From Rhodospirillales bacterium Ga0074136 (GTDB lineage Bacteria > Pseudomonadota > Alphaproteobacteria > Acetobacterales > Acetobacteraceae): a stretch of 64,000 bases of DNA. Below the pieces are notes generated by a model. It saw only the letters and a program-made list of their open reading frames with translations. It did not search any database and was not told the DNA's origin. The stretch lies in contig LNEW01000220.1 in assembly GCA_001464375.1 (NCBI GenBank), positions 1,228 through 65,227 on the forward strand, given 5' to 3'. Position 1 is the first letter of the stretch. Each line of letters opens with the position of its first letter. A program made the position numbers and the translations under genes. Of the stretch, positions 19,763 through 29,794 are shown in pieces.

Positions 19763-20619
19763 CCATCGCCCTGATCGGCGCGACGGGGCGGTCCGGCGTG
19801 GCCCTGGCCCGCGCCCTGGCCGAAGCCGGAACGCTCTACATCCCGGTGGCGCGCAGCGCGGCGAAATGGGCGGCACTGGCCCTGCCGGGCGACCTGCGCG
19901 CCAGCGACCTGCACGACGCCACCGCCCTGAAGCGCGCGCTGGCCGGGGCCGAGCGCATCGTCAGCACGGCGCATGCGCGCTTTGCGCCGGCGCTGCTCGC
20001 CGCCGCCGAGCCCGGTGCGTCCTTCGTGCTGATGGGATCGACGCGGCGCTTCTCGCGCTGGCCGGATGACCACGGCGATGGGGTCCGCGCGGGCGAGGCG
20101 GCGTTGCTGGCCTCCGGCCGTGCCGGGGTCATGCTGCACCCGACGATGATCTACGGCGCGGAGGGCGAGGACAATGTCCGCCGGCTGGCCGCGCTGCTGG
20201 CGCGCCTGCCGGTGGCCCCCCTGCCCGGCGGCGGCCGCGCGCTGGTGCAGCCGATCCACCAGGGCGATGTCACGCGTTGCCTGGTCGCCGCGCTGCACCG
20301 GCGCTGGGATGCGCCGCAGACCATCGTCATCGCGGGGCCGACCCCCATGCCCTATCGCGCGTTCCTGCGCGCGGTAGCGGCCGCGGCCGGGCTGCGCGCG
20401 CCGCCCATCCTGCCGATCCCGGCGCTGCCGTTGCGCCTGGCCGCACCGCTCACCCGCATCATTCCGGGCCTGCCGCGCGTGAGCGCGGACGAGATCCGCC
20501 GGCTGACCGAGGACAAGGATTTCGACATCGGTCCGATGCGACGCATCCTGGGCGTCGATCCGATTGGATTGGCGGAGGGTCTTGCCCTGACCTTCGGGCC
20601 GCCCCACACCTCCGCCTGA
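19759..20619 (+). CDS. NAD(P)-binding (NmrA/atypical SDR-like) protein
   Basis: 286-aa ORF MTIALIGATGRSGVALARAL (GxxGxxG). ATGA overlap with the upstream gene. Confidence 0.7.
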   Translation: MTIALIGATGRSGVALARALAEAGTLYIPVARSAAKWAALALPGDLRASDLHDATALKRALAGAERIVSTAHARFAPALLAAAEPGASFVLMGSTRRFSRWPDDHGDGVRAGEAALLASGRAGVMLHPTMIYGAEGEDNVRRLAALLARLPVAPLPGGGRALVQPIHQGDVTRCLVAALHRRWDAPQTIVIAGPTPMPYRAFLRAVAAAAGLRAPPILPIPALPLRLAAPLTRIIPGLPRVSADEIRRLTEDKDFDIGPMRRILGVDPIGLAEGLALTFGPPHTSA

Positions 20620-20635
20620 CACGACGGAGGCCGCC

Positions 20636-21817
20636 ATGCCCGTGAACAACCGCATCGCCGATTTCCATGCCGAGATGACCGCATGGCGGCGCGACTTCCA
20701 CGCCCATCCGGAACTCGCCTTCGAGGAAGTGCGCACCGCGGGCATCGTGGCGCAAAAGCTGCGCGACTTCGGCTGCGACGAGGTGGTCACCGGTATCGCC
20801 AGGACCGGCGTTGTCGGCGTGATCCGCGGCAACGGTGCCGCATCCGGCCGCGCCATCGGGTTGCGCGCCGACATGGACGCTCTGCCGATCCTGGAGGATA
20901 CGGGCGTGGCGCATGCCTCGACGATACCGGGCAAGATGCACGCCTGCGGCCATGACGGGCACACCACCATGCTGCTGGGTGCCGCCAAGTACCTGGCGGA
21001 GACGCGCAACTTCGACGGCACCGTCTATGTCATCTTCCAGCCGGCCGAGGAGAATTTCGGCGGCGGCGAGGTGATGGTGAAGGAGGGCCTGTTCGACCGC
21101 TTCCCGATGGAGCGCGTGTTCGGCCTGCACAACTGGCCGGGCATGCCGGCCGGCACCTTCCTGTGGCGCGAGGGGCCCGTGATGGCCGCGGTCGCGAACC
21201 TGGAAATCACCATCACCGGCAAGGGTGCCCACGGCGCCATGCCCAACAACGGCAACGACCCCATCGTGATCGCCGCCGCCATCGTGCAGGCGCTGCAATC
21301 GATCGTCGCGCGCAATGTCGAACCGGTCGAGGGCGGCGTCATCACCATCGGCCACATCAATGGCGGCTTCACCTACAACGTGATCCCCGAACAGGTGCGC
21401 ATGCTGGGCACCGCGCGCTGGTTCGCGCCGGAGGTCGGCGATTTGCTGGAAAAGCGCTTCCTCGAGACGGTCCACGGCATCGCCGCCGCCTTCGGCGCGA
21501 CGGCGGAAGCGAAGTTCATCCGGCTCTATCCTGCGACAATCAACGAGGTGACATCGGTCCACCTGGCTGCCGACGCCGCCCGCGCCGTGCAGGGCGACGC
21601 CCGCGTGGTGCCGATGACCAAGCCGACCATGGGCGGCGAGGATTTCTCCTTCATGCTGAATGCGAAGGATGGCGCCTACCTGATGCTGGGCGGCGGGCGT
21701 GGGGCGGACGACGCGCAGGTGCATCACCCGCGCTACGACTTCAACGACGAGATCCTGCCCATCGGCGCATCCTGGTGGGCGGCGCTGGCGGAAAGGCTGC
21801 TGCCCCGCGCCGGCTGA
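20636..21817 (+). CDS. M20-family amidohydrolase (N-acyl-L-amino-acid amidohydrolase / hippurate-hydrolase-like)
   Basis: 393-aa ORF: FHAHPELAFEE...MHACGHDGHT...NWPGMPAG...GEDFSFM. Confidence 0.88.
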   Translation: MPVNNRIADFHAEMTAWRRDFHAHPELAFEEVRTAGIVAQKLRDFGCDEVVTGIARTGVVGVIRGNGAASGRAIGLRADMDALPILEDTGVAHASTIPGKMHACGHDGHTTMLLGAAKYLAETRNFDGTVYVIFQPAEENFGGGEVMVKEGLFDRFPMERVFGLHNWPGMPAGTFLWREGPVMAAVANLEITITGKGAHGAMPNNGNDPIVIAAAIVQALQSIVARNVEPVEGGVITIGHINGGFTYNVIPEQVRMLGTARWFAPEVGDLLEKRFLETVHGIAAAFGATAEAKFIRLYPATINEVTSVHLAADAARAVQGDARVVPMTKPTMGGEDFSFMLNAKDGAYLMLGGGRGADDAQVHHPRYDFNDEILPIGASWWAALAERLLPRAG

Positions 21818-21893
21818 TCCGGCCGCGTTAGCAGGTTGGCAAGGTTTACGGGCGAAGGTTGCCGAGGTCCTGCCCTCGCACCGGAGCCCGCCC

Positions 21894-22385
21894 ATGCCCC
21901 GCACCACCCGCAGCATCGATGCCTGGCCCCTGCTGCCGCGCAGCGCCGCGAGCTGGGGGCACGGGCGCCCGGTGGACGAACCCGCCCGCGCGGCCTTCGA
22001 CGCCATGGCCGGCGTGGCCGCGGCGCTGCTGGTCCTGCGCTGGCTGCTGCCGGGCAGCGGCCTTGCTCATGAATTCGCCGCGCAGGTCGCCCTGTGGGGC
22101 GGGCTCGGCGGCATGGCGGTGACGGGCGCGATCCTGTCGCTGCTCGCGGCCATGCCGTTGGCGATGCCGCTGATGGGCGCGATGGGACCGCTGAAGGACG
22201 CCGCGCTACGCGCCCTGGACCACGCCGTCCATTTGGCACTGGTCCTGAGCTGCGCGGGCATGCTCGCCGCCATCGTGCTGTTCGGGAAGGTCAGCGTGCC
22301 GGTGCTGTGGTTCGCCGGCCAGGCGGCGCTGCTGCTGCTGTGCTACCGGATGCGGGTCTGGCTGGCCGGCGAACGCAGCGCCTGA
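21894..22385 (+). CDS. hypothetical membrane protein
   Basis: Inner ATG of ORF 21699..22385. About four hydrophobic segments (GVAAALLVLRWLL, LWGGLGGMAVTGAILSLLAA, VHLALVLSCAGMLAAIVLF, LWFAGQAALLLLCY). No family recognised. Confidence 0.45.
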   Translation: MPRTTRSIDAWPLLPRSAASWGHGRPVDEPARAAFDAMAGVAAALLVLRWLLPGSGLAHEFAAQVALWGGLGGMAVTGAILSLLAAMPLAMPLMGAMGPLKDAALRALDHAVHLALVLSCAGMLAAIVLFGKVSVPVLWFAGQAALLLLCYRMRVWLAGERSA

Positions 22386-22532
22386 GAGGGTTTCGCGCCA
22401 GGCGGTGCAGCGGCAGCAAGGCTTGCTCGCGCCGGCGCGCAGGGTGGAAGCGCATCGCTATTTTCGCGGACGCCTTGCGGCGCGCCGGGCTGGCGCGCCA
22501 TTCCTGCGCCGACCACGCGCAGGAGAAGCCCG

Positions 22533-23030
22533 ATGCCGCATGACGGCCACGACCACACCGCCATCCCCCAGGATGGCTGGAAGCATTCCGGCGTGCGGGT
22601 GATCCCGGGCGACAACCTCGACCCCAACACGGCGCAGACGCCGGGGATGAACCGCGCCGCCGCCATCAACGCCGCGCGCGTCGGCGCGCAGAAAATCTGG
22701 GCCGGCACGGTGCATATCCACCCCGATGCCAAGACCGGCGCGCATCACCACGGGCACCTCGAAAGCGTGATCTACGTCGTGAAGGGCCGCGCGCGGATGC
22801 GCTGGGGCGAGAAGCTGGAATTCGTCGCCGAGGCCGGCCCCGGCGATTTCATCTACGTGCCGCCCTACGTGCCGCACCAGGAGATCAACGCCTCGGCGGA
22901 CGAAACGCTGGAATGCGTGCTGGTGCGCTCCGACAACGAGGCAGTGGCGATCAACATCGACATCGAGCCGGTCGAGAAGCCCGAGGCGGTGCTCTGGGTC
23001 GACCCGATCCACCGGGCGCCGGGCGGCTGA
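22533..23030 (+). CDS. cupin-domain protein
   Basis: 165-aa ORF with cupin metal motifs GAHHHGHLES...GDFIYVPPYVPHQE. Confidence 0.8.
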   Translation: MPHDGHDHTAIPQDGWKHSGVRVIPGDNLDPNTAQTPGMNRAAAINAARVGAQKIWAGTVHIHPDAKTGAHHHGHLESVIYVVKGRARMRWGEKLEFVAEAGPGDFIYVPPYVPHQEINASADETLECVLVRSDNEAVAINIDIEPVEKPEAVLWVDPIHRAPGG

Positions 23031-23095
23031 GCTCCATTGCGCGCAAGGCGGCGGCGGGGAAGACTGCATCCCTCGCCGCCGGGGAACGAACTGCC

Positions 23096-24595
23096 ATGCG
23101 CCGCTTCACGATGCTGCTGGTCCTTGCCTGCCTCGCCGCCCCTGTCCACGCGCAACACCTGCGGATCGGCCTGACCTCGGACCCCGACGTGCTGGACCCG
23201 ACGCTGTCGCGCACCGTGGCCGGCCGGCAGGTCTTCGCCGCGATGTGCGACAAGCTGGTCGACATCAATGAACGGCTCGAGATCATCCCGCAGCTCGCGA
23301 CCGCCTGGCGTTGGGCGGATGACGGCCGTGCGCTGGTCTTCACCCTGCGCGAGGGCGTGCGCTTCCATGATGGCGAGGCACTGACCGGCGAGGCCGCGGC
23401 GATCGGCCTGCGCCGGCACCTGGAGACGCAGGGCTCCACCCGGCGCGCCGAGATGGGGCCGGTCTCCGAGGTCGTGGCGACCGGTCCGATGGAAGTCACC
23501 CTGCGCCTGACCGAGCCCTTCGCGCCGCTGCTGGCCGCGCTGGCCGACCGCGCAGGGATGCTGGTCTCACCGCGCCAGGCCCGCGTCACGGGTGCGGATT
23601 TCCAGCGCGAGCCAGCCTGCGCCGGCCCGTTCCGCCTGACGCGGCGCATCGCGCAGGACCGCATGGAGCTGGAACGGTTCGAGGGCTACTGGGACCGCGC
23701 GAACATCCATGTCGAACGCGTCACCTACCGCCCCATCCCCGATGCGACGGTGCGCCTCGCCAACCTGCGCGCGGGCGCGCTCGACATCATCGAGCGCGTG
23801 AGCCCGTCGGATGTCGGCGACTTCCGCCGCGACCAGCGCGTCCGGCTGCACCAGGGGCCCTCGCTCGCGACCTTCTACATCGCCATCAATGTCGGCAACG
23901 GCGCGCGCGCGAACACGCCGCTTGGCCAGGATGCGCGCGTGCGGGAGGCGCTGGAGCGCAGCATCGACCGCCAGGCACTGGTGAACGTGGCGTTCGAGGG
24001 GCTGTGGAAGCCGGCCAACCAGGCGGTGCCGCCCGACCACCCCTTCTATGCCCGGTCGGTACCGATGCCGCCGCGCGACGTGGCGCGCGCCCGCGCTCTG
24101 CTGCGCGAGGCCGGGCACCAGCGCGTACGCATCCGCCTGTCGGTGCCCAACACCACCGACTACCTGCAGGCTTCCGAAGTCATCCAAGCCATGGCGGCCG
24201 AAGCGGGCATCGATATCGAGATCCTGCAGGTCGAGACGGCGACCATGCTCAACCAATGGACCGCCGGCGACTTCGAGGCGCTGATGATCCAGTGGTCGGG
24301 GCGTGTCGATCTCGATGGCAACATCTTCGCCTTCTACGCCTGCGGCGTGCCGCTGAATGGCGGGCGCTACTGCAACCGCGATGTCGATGCCGCCATGGTC
24401 GAGGCACGGCGCAGCGTGGACCCGGCGGTGCGCGCCGCTGCCTATGACCGCGCGGCGCGGCTGTACCTGGCGGACCGACCCTATATCAACCTCTGGCAGC
24501 CGCTGACGCTGCATGGCGCGGGGGCCGCGATCGAGGGCTTGCGCGTCGTGCCGGACGGCCTCATCCGTCTGCCCGGATTGCGGGGAGCACGGTGA
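23096..24595 (+). CDS. ABC-transporter solute-binding protein, family 5 (peptide/nickel type)
   Basis: Inner start MRRFTMLLVLACLAAPVHAQ (signal peptide) of ORF 22913..24595. Begins LRIGLTSDPDVLDP, typical of family-5 SBPs. No permease or ATPase genes adjacent. Confidence 0.85.
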   Translation: MRRFTMLLVLACLAAPVHAQHLRIGLTSDPDVLDPTLSRTVAGRQVFAAMCDKLVDINERLEIIPQLATAWRWADDGRALVFTLREGVRFHDGEALTGEAAAIGLRRHLETQGSTRRAEMGPVSEVVATGPMEVTLRLTEPFAPLLAALADRAGMLVSPRQARVTGADFQREPACAGPFRLTRRIAQDRMELERFEGYWDRANIHVERVTYRPIPDATVRLANLRAGALDIIERVSPSDVGDFRRDQRVRLHQGPSLATFYIAINVGNGARANTPLGQDARVREALERSIDRQALVNVAFEGLWKPANQAVPPDHPFYARSVPMPPRDVARARALLREAGHQRVRIRLSVPNTTDYLQASEVIQAMAAEAGIDIEILQVETATMLNQWTAGDFEALMIQWSGRVDLDGNIFAFYACGVPLNGGRYCNRDVDAAMVEARRSVDPAVRAAAYDRAARLYLADRPYINLWQPLTLHGAGAAIEGLRVVPDGLIRLPGLRGAR

Positions 24596-24596
24596 C

Positions 24597-25580
24597 ATGA
24601 GCGGCACGATGCGCGCGGCGGTGGTGACGGCGGGTGGCGTGATGGTGCAGGACGCGCCGCGCCCCGTTCCGGGACCGGAGGAGGTGCTGGTGCGCGTGCG
24701 CGCTGCCTCGCTGAACCGTGCCGACCTGGGCGTGGCCGCCGGCGGATCGCATGGCGCGATGGGTGGGGCGGGCACCATCCTGGGGTTGGATTTCGCGGGC
24801 GAAGTGGCGGCGGTGGGCAGCGCCGTGACCGGCGTGAAGGCCGGCGACCGCGTCACCTGTTCCGGGGCCGGCGGCTACGCCGAATACGCGGTGGCGGATA
24901 TCGGGCGCGTGCTGCCGGTACCCGACCGCAACCTGTCCTGGGAACAGGCGGCCACGCTGCCCGTCGCGCTCGCCACCATGCATGACGCGCTGGTGGTGAA
25001 TGGGCGCTTCCGCGCGGGCGAGAGCGCGATGATCCTCGGCGCCTCGTCGGGTGTCGGGCTGATGGGCATGCAGATCGCGAAGTTCCTGGGCGCGAAGGTG
25101 GTGGTGGGCACTTCGACCGACCCGGCGCGGCGCGCGCGGCTGGCGGAATTCGGCGCCGATGTCGCGGTGGACACGAAGGACGCCGGCTGGGTGGACCAGG
25201 TGCTGGCGGCGACCGGTGGGCGCGGCGTGGATGTGGTGGTGGACCAGATCAGCGGCGCGCTGATCAACGCCGCGATGCGCGCCACCGCCATCACCGGGCG
25301 CATCGTCAATGTCGGGCGGCTGGGTGGCGGGCGCGCGGAATTCGACTTCGACCTGCATGCCAACAGGCGCATCGCCTATATCGGCGTGACGCACCGCACG
25401 CGGTCCCGCGACGAGATCCGCGCCGAATACACGGCCATGAAGCGCGACCTTTGGGAAGCCGTGCAGGAAGGCCGCTTCACCCTGCCGGTCGACCGCGTCT
25501 TCCCACTGGAGCAGGCCGCAGAGGCTCTCGCGCACATGAAGGCCAACCAGCATTTCGGCAAGATCGCGCTGTCCATCTGA
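24597..25580 (+). CDS. zinc-type alcohol dehydrogenase / quinone oxidoreductase family protein
   Basis: Inner start MSGTMRAAVV of ORF 24513..25580. MDR-family GASSGVGLMGMQIAK nucleotide-binding motif. Confidence 0.85.
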   Translation: MSGTMRAAVVTAGGVMVQDAPRPVPGPEEVLVRVRAASLNRADLGVAAGGSHGAMGGAGTILGLDFAGEVAAVGSAVTGVKAGDRVTCSGAGGYAEYAVADIGRVLPVPDRNLSWEQAATLPVALATMHDALVVNGRFRAGESAMILGASSGVGLMGMQIAKFLGAKVVVGTSTDPARRARLAEFGADVAVDTKDAGWVDQVLAATGGRGVDVVVDQISGALINAAMRATAITGRIVNVGRLGGGRAEFDFDLHANRRIAYIGVTHRTRSRDEIRAEYTAMKRDLWEAVQEGRFTLPVDRVFPLEQAAEALAHMKANQHFGKIALSI

Positions 25581-25592
25581 GGGAGTGGCCCC

Positions 25593-27302
25593 ATGCATGA
25601 CCTGGTGATCCGCGGTGGCACGGTGGTGGACGGCACCGGCGCGCCGCCCTTCGACGCCGACGTCGCGATCAGCGGCGGGCGTATCGTCGAGGTCGGGCGC
25701 GTCGCGGATCGCGGCGCCGAGGAGATCGACGCCAAGGGCCTGCTGGTCACACCGGGCTTCGTCGACATCCACACGCACTACGACGCGCAGGCGACCTGGA
25801 GCGAGCGGCTGGTCTCCTCCTCCATCAACGGCGTCACCACGGCCTTGATCGGCAATTGCGGCGTCGGCTTCGCGCCCTGCCGGCCGGAGAAGCGCGAAGC
25901 GCTGGTCAAGCTGATGGAAGGTGTGGAGGACCTGCCCGAGGTCGTGCTGACCGAGGGCCTGCCCTGGACCTGGGAATCCTTCCCCGACTACCTGGACTTC
26001 CTCGGCGGCCGCCGCTTCGACACCGATATCGCCGCCATGGTGACGCACGCGCCGCTGCGCGTGCATGTGATGGGCGAACGCGCGGAAGCCCACGCCGAAG
26101 CAACGCTGGCCGAATGCGCCGAGATGGCCCGGCTGGCGGCCGAAGGCCTGGCGGCGGGCGCGGTCGGCATTTCCACGTCGCGCGCGCTGGCGCACCGCAC
26201 GCTGGATGGGCGGCATATCCCGACCCTCGGCGCGCCCGAGGCGGAGCTGGAAGCGCTCGCCGGCGCGCTGCGCGCCCATGGCAGCGGCTGGCTGCAGGTA
26301 ATCTCGGATTTCGATGAGCCGGCGGAGGAGGAGTTCGCCCGCCTGCGCCGCGTCGCCGCGGTGGCCGGGCGGCCGCTCACCTTCTCCCTGTTGCAGCGGG
26401 AATCCAAGCCGCGCTTCTGGCGCTGGCTGCTCGACCGCGTGGACGAAGCCAATGCCGCCGGCGTGACCATGCTGGGCCAGGTGATGGGCCGGCCGGTCGG
26501 ACTGATGTTCGGCTTCGAATTGTCGCAGCATCCCTTCCTGACACGCCCGTCCTTTCGCGAGATCGCGGATCTGCCGCTGCCCGAACGCGTCGCCGCGTTG
26601 CGCGACCCCGCGCGGCGCGCGCGCATCCTGGCGGAAGCGACGGACGACCCGGCGCTGAAGGCGCGGCTGAACAACTGGGACAAGATCTTCCCGTTGAACG
26701 ACCCGCCGGACTACGAACCGCCGCCTGAACGCTCCGTCGCCGCCATGGCGGCCGGGCGCGGCATGACGGCCGAGGCGCTGTGCTACGACCTGATGCTGGA
26801 ACGCGATGGCCGCGCCATCCTCAACCGCCCGCTGCTGAACTATGCCGACGGCGACCTGGCCGCGATCCGCGAGATGATGACGCATCCGCACACGCTGATG
26901 GGGTTGGGCGATGGCGGCGCGCATGTCGGCTACATCTGCGATGCGTCGTGCATGACCCATATGCTGGTGCATTGGGCGCGCGACCGGCAGCGCGGGCCGC
27001 GCCTGCCGGTCGAACAGGCGGTCAAGCGCATCAGCCGCGACAATGCCGCGGCGATGGGCCTGGCGGATCGCGGCGTGATCGCCCCCGGCTACAAGGCGGA
27101 CCTGAACGTGATCGACTTCGCCCGCCTGCGCATGCGCGCGCCCGAGATGCGCTACGACCTGCCCGCCGGCGGCAAGCGGCTGGTGCAGGAAGCCGAGGGC
27201 TATGTCGCGACGGTGCTGTCCGGCGCCGTCACCTATCGCGAGGGCGAGGCTACCGGCGCCCTGCCCGGCCGCCTGGTGCGCGGGCCGCAGCGCGCGGCCT
27301 GA
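25593..27302 (+). CDS. N-acyl-D-amino-acid deacylase (D-aminoacylase) family amidohydrolase
   Basis: 569-aa ORF: [16 protein letters not shown]...[16 protein letters not shown]...GLGDGGAH. Confidence 0.88.
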   Translation: MHDLVIRGGTVVDGTGAPPFDADVAISGGRIVEVGRVADRGAEEIDAKGLLVTPGFVDIHTHYDAQATWSERLVSSSINGVTTALIGNCGVGFAPCRPEKREALVKLMEGVEDLPEVVLTEGLPWTWESFPDYLDFLGGRRFDTDIAAMVTHAPLRVHVMGERAEAHAEATLAECAEMARLAAEGLAAGAVGISTSRALAHRTLDGRHIPTLGAPEAELEALAGALRAHGSGWLQVISDFDEPAEEEFARLRRVAAVAGRPLTFSLLQRESKPRFWRWLLDRVDEANAAGVTMLGQVMGRPVGLMFGFELSQHPFLTRPSFREIADLPLPERVAALRDPARRARILAEATDDPALKARLNNWDKIFPLNDPPDYEPPPERSVAAMAAGRGMTAEALCYDLMLERDGRAILNRPLLNYADGDLAAIREMMTHPHTLMGLGDGGAHVGYICDASCMTHMLVHWARDRQRGPRLPVEQAVKRISRDNAAAMGLADRGVIAPGYKADLNVIDFARLRMRAPEMRYDLPAGGKRLVQEAEGYVATVLSGAVTYREGEATGALPGRLVRGPQRAA

Positions 27303-27342
27303 ACGTCGGCGCGGCCCACGCAAGGGGCCACGGGCCCGGTCG

Positions 27343-28149
27343 CTATGCCCAGGCTTCGTCGAGCGTCAGCGGCCGCGGGATCAGCCCCTGCGACGCGCAC
27401 CATCGCGAAGCGAGCTCAATCGCCGGCGCCAGGGCCTGCCGCGTCGTGGCAGCGGGACCGAAGATGCGCAGCAATTCGGCCATCACGGCGGCGTCCTGCG
27501 CGACCTCCGCGCGCACCACCACGAGGTGGTTCACCGGCACGAAGCCGTGACGTGACTCGAAGTCCCGCCCCGCCGCGGCGACATCCGGGAAGACCGGCCG
27601 GAATTCGTCGCCCGGCGGCAATTCCGCCCCGAAGATAGCCGCATCCAGCGCGCCGTCGCGCAGCATCGCCGTCATGTCGGCGCCGGCTGGCGCGCGGCGC
27701 GCGAAGGGCGGGTCGGTGAAGCCCGGCACATGGGCGTCCTCGAAGGTGGTCCAGGCGATGGATTTCGGTGCCACCCCGTGCGCGTCCGCCAGAACACCGC
27801 GCAGCCACATGCCGGTGGTCTGGCTGTAGGCGCGCACGCCGACACGCTTGCCCGCGAGGTCCGTCGGGCCACGGACCGGGCCATCGGCGCGGCACAGCAG
27901 CGCGCCTTCCTGGAAGCGCGCCGCCATCACCACAGGCAGCAGCATGATGGGAATGCCGGCCGCCTTGGCCATCAGGAAGGTGGCGATGGCCATCTCGCTG
28001 ACGTCGTAGCGCGCCTCGCGCACCATCGGCGCGAAGGCGCGGCTGATCGGCTTCACCGTGACGCGGTCGAGCCGCAGCAGATCGGACTCCGCCAGCGATG
28101 CCGTGTGCGGATAATCGCCAAGGGCTGCGGTGAGTACGCGCGCGCTCAC
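27343..28149 (-). CDS. periplasmic-binding-protein-fold (NMT1 / PhtD-like) protein without signal peptide
   Basis: 3' part of ORF 27343..28314. GTG at 28149 overlaps the stop of the upstream hydrolase (GTGA). VSARVLTAALGDYPHTASL...VKPISRAFAPMVREARYDVSEMAI... resembles cytoplasmic NMT1-like / dihydroxyphthalate-decarboxylase-like proteins. Function uncertain. Confidence 0.6.
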   Translation of the reverse strand: MSARVLTAALGDYPHTASLAESDLLRLDRVTVKPISRAFAPMVREARYDVSEMAIATFLMAKAAGIPIMLLPVVMAARFQEGALLCRADGPVRGPTDLAGKRVGVRAYSQTTGMWLRGVLADAHGVAPKSIAWTTFEDAHVPGFTDPPFARRAPAGADMTAMLRDGALDAAIFGAELPPGDEFRPVFPDVAAAGRDFESRHGFVPVNHLVVVRAEVAQDAAVMAELLRIFGPAATTRQALAPAIELASRWCASQGLIPRPLTLDEAWA

Positions 28150-28982
28150 GCGCCCACCTCGGCGAAGAAGGCCTCGACCTTCGCGTTGAAGGCTGCCGCG
28201 TGTTCGAAATGGCCCGAATGGCCGGCCCGTGGCAGCGGCGAGACGCGCGCGTCTGGAATGGCCGGCGCCATGCCTTGCGGGGCGAAGGGCGGGATCACCA
28301 CGTCCTCCTCGCACGGCACGAACATCACAGGCGTCTGCGCCGCCGCGAATTCCGCCGGCGGGCGATTGCGCGCGGCGTGCAGCCGCGCACGCACAGCCTC
28401 GCGGTCGAAGCCCTGCGAGAGCCCGTTGATGTGGGAATAGATCTGCGCCAGCGCCGGCTGTTCCTCGGCCATGCGCGCACCCGAGGCCGGCAGCATGTTG
28501 CGCGCCAGCAGGTCGGATCGTGCCTCGGCACTGGCCTTGCTCCAGGCCGCCAGGCGCGAACGCTCCGGCTCGCGCATCTGCCGCGGGTCGAGCGAGCCCG
28601 TGGTGGCAGCCAGCACCAGCGCCTTCACCCGCCCCGGGCGCAGCAGGGCATATTCCACGCCGGACCAGCCGCCCATCGACTGGCAGACCATGCGGATGTC
28701 ACCGAGCTTCAATTCATCGACCAGCGCCGCCACATCGCCGGCGTATTCCGCCGGATCCGGCCCGCCGGCCGGCGCGGTCGAAGGAAAGAAACCGCGGTGG
28801 GAGAAGGCGACGCAGGTGTAGCGCGGCGCGAAATGCGCCACCTGCTGCCACCACGAGAACAGGCAGCCGCCCAACCCATGCGCGAAGACGATCGCGGGTC
28901 CCTCGCCCGTGATCTCGTAGCGGATGCGCGCATCCGGTCGGTCGATCCAGCCGGCGCGGCGCGGTGGCGCGGTGAAGCTCAT
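28146..28982 (-). CDS. alpha/beta-fold hydrolase
   Basis: Inner start MSFTAPPRRAGW of ORF 28146..29198 (ATGA overlap with the PIG-L gene stop). HGLGG oxyanion motif, nucleophile elbow CQSMGG, C-terminal GHSGHFE. Confidence 0.8.
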   Translation of the reverse strand: MSFTAPPRRAGWIDRPDARIRYEITGEGPAIVFAHGLGGCLFSWWQQVAHFAPRYTCVAFSHRGFFPSTAPAGGPDPAEYAGDVAALVDELKLGDIRMVCQSMGGWSGVEYALLRPGRVKALVLAATTGSLDPRQMREPERSRLAAWSKASAEARSDLLARNMLPASGARMAEEQPALAQIYSHINGLSQGFDREAVRARLHAARNRPPAEFAAAQTPVMFVPCEEDVVIPPFAPQGMAPAIPDARVSPLPRAGHSGHFEHAAAFNAKVEAFFAEVGA

Positions 28983-29695
28983 GCGAGGCTCTCCACGACA
29001 TGCGGGAAGACGGACTGGTAGCCCTCGCCCCAAGTGATCGACTTGTCGGAGTTGCGCGCGGCCTGCGCGCCGCGCTGCTGCGCCACGCGCGTGTAGTACT
29101 CCCACAGGTGCTCCTGCCCGGCCATGCATTCGATGGCGGCGCGCTTCTGCGGCCAGGCGCTGCCGATATCGAGCAACACGTCGGGCTTCCAGCCGCATTG
29201 CTCGGGCTGGTGCGGTTCGAACAGGAAGACCGGCGGCGCACCCAGCACCTTCTCGCCCGGCTTGTGGCCATGCGCCTGCGCGGTGATGCGCGCATGCTGC
29301 GCGAAGTCCGTCACCGCCGGATGGTCGCGGTTGTAGATGTCTTCCTTCGAGTGCGTCAGCACGAAGGCCGGGTGGATGGCGCGATAGACATCGACCAGGC
29401 GGAACAGGGACTCAGTGGTCAGCGTGATCGGGTAGTCGCCCAGGTCCCAGAACTGGATGTCGTGCACGCCGAGCACCGCGGCCGCCTTCTTCGCCTCGAC
29501 CTCGCGCTCGGCCTTCACGCGTTCGAGCGTCATGCCCGGCACGCGCCACAGTTTCGCGGATTCGCCACGCTCGCCGTAGGACAGGCACACCACCGTGACC
29601 TTCCATCCCTTCGCGGCATGGAGCGCGATGGCGCCGCCGGCGCGCCAGACGAAATCGGCGGAATGGGCGGACACCACCAGGGCGGTCTTGGACAT
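28979..29695 (-). CDS. PIG-L / LmbE-family deacetylase
   Basis: 3' part of ORF 28979..31291 from MSKTALVVSAHSADFVWRAGGAI (the family's AHxDD-type motif). RBS GGAGGA upstream of ATG 29695. Confidence 0.8.
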   Translation of the reverse strand: MSKTALVVSAHSADFVWRAGGAIALHAAKGWKVTVVCLSYGERGESAKLWRVPGMTLERVKAEREVEAKKAAAVLGVHDIQFWDLGDYPITLTTESLFRLVDVYRAIHPAFVLTHSKEDIYNRDHPAVTDFAQHARITAQAHGHKPGEKVLGAPPVFLFEPHQPEQCGWKPDVLLDIGSAWPQKRAAIECMAGQEHLWEYYTRVAQQRGAQAARNSDKSITWGEGYQSVFPHVVESLA

Positions 29696-29794
29696 GCGGT
29701 TCCTCCAGCAGGACAGTCGGCGCCCAGTCTGGCGGGACACAGCGCGCCCGCCTAGGCTGGTTGAAACGGAAACCCCAGGAGCCGACCGCCCGCC

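Noticed and set aside
23096-24595. Orphan family-5 solute-binding protein as a sign of a degraded ABC transporter
   Set aside because: The gene itself is intact, with a signal peptide and full length. Orphan SBP genes next to amidohydrolase or D-aminoacylase genes are common, and the partner permeases may be encoded elsewhere.
24561-27323. 920-aa minus-strand ORF, with similar giants at 54472..57399 (+, 975 aa), 34872..37181 (-, 769 aa), 44295..46484 (+, 729 aa), 17266..19347 (-, 693 aa) and 59697..61760 (+, 687 aa)
   Set aside because: These are Arg/Ala/Gly/His-rich low-complexity translations with no recognisable motifs. Each lies antisense or out of frame to a gene with clear family signatures (D-aminoacylase, bchD/bchO, crtD, bchX/bchY, IlvD-like, acsF/puhE). 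They are typical shadow ORFs of very GC-rich DNA.
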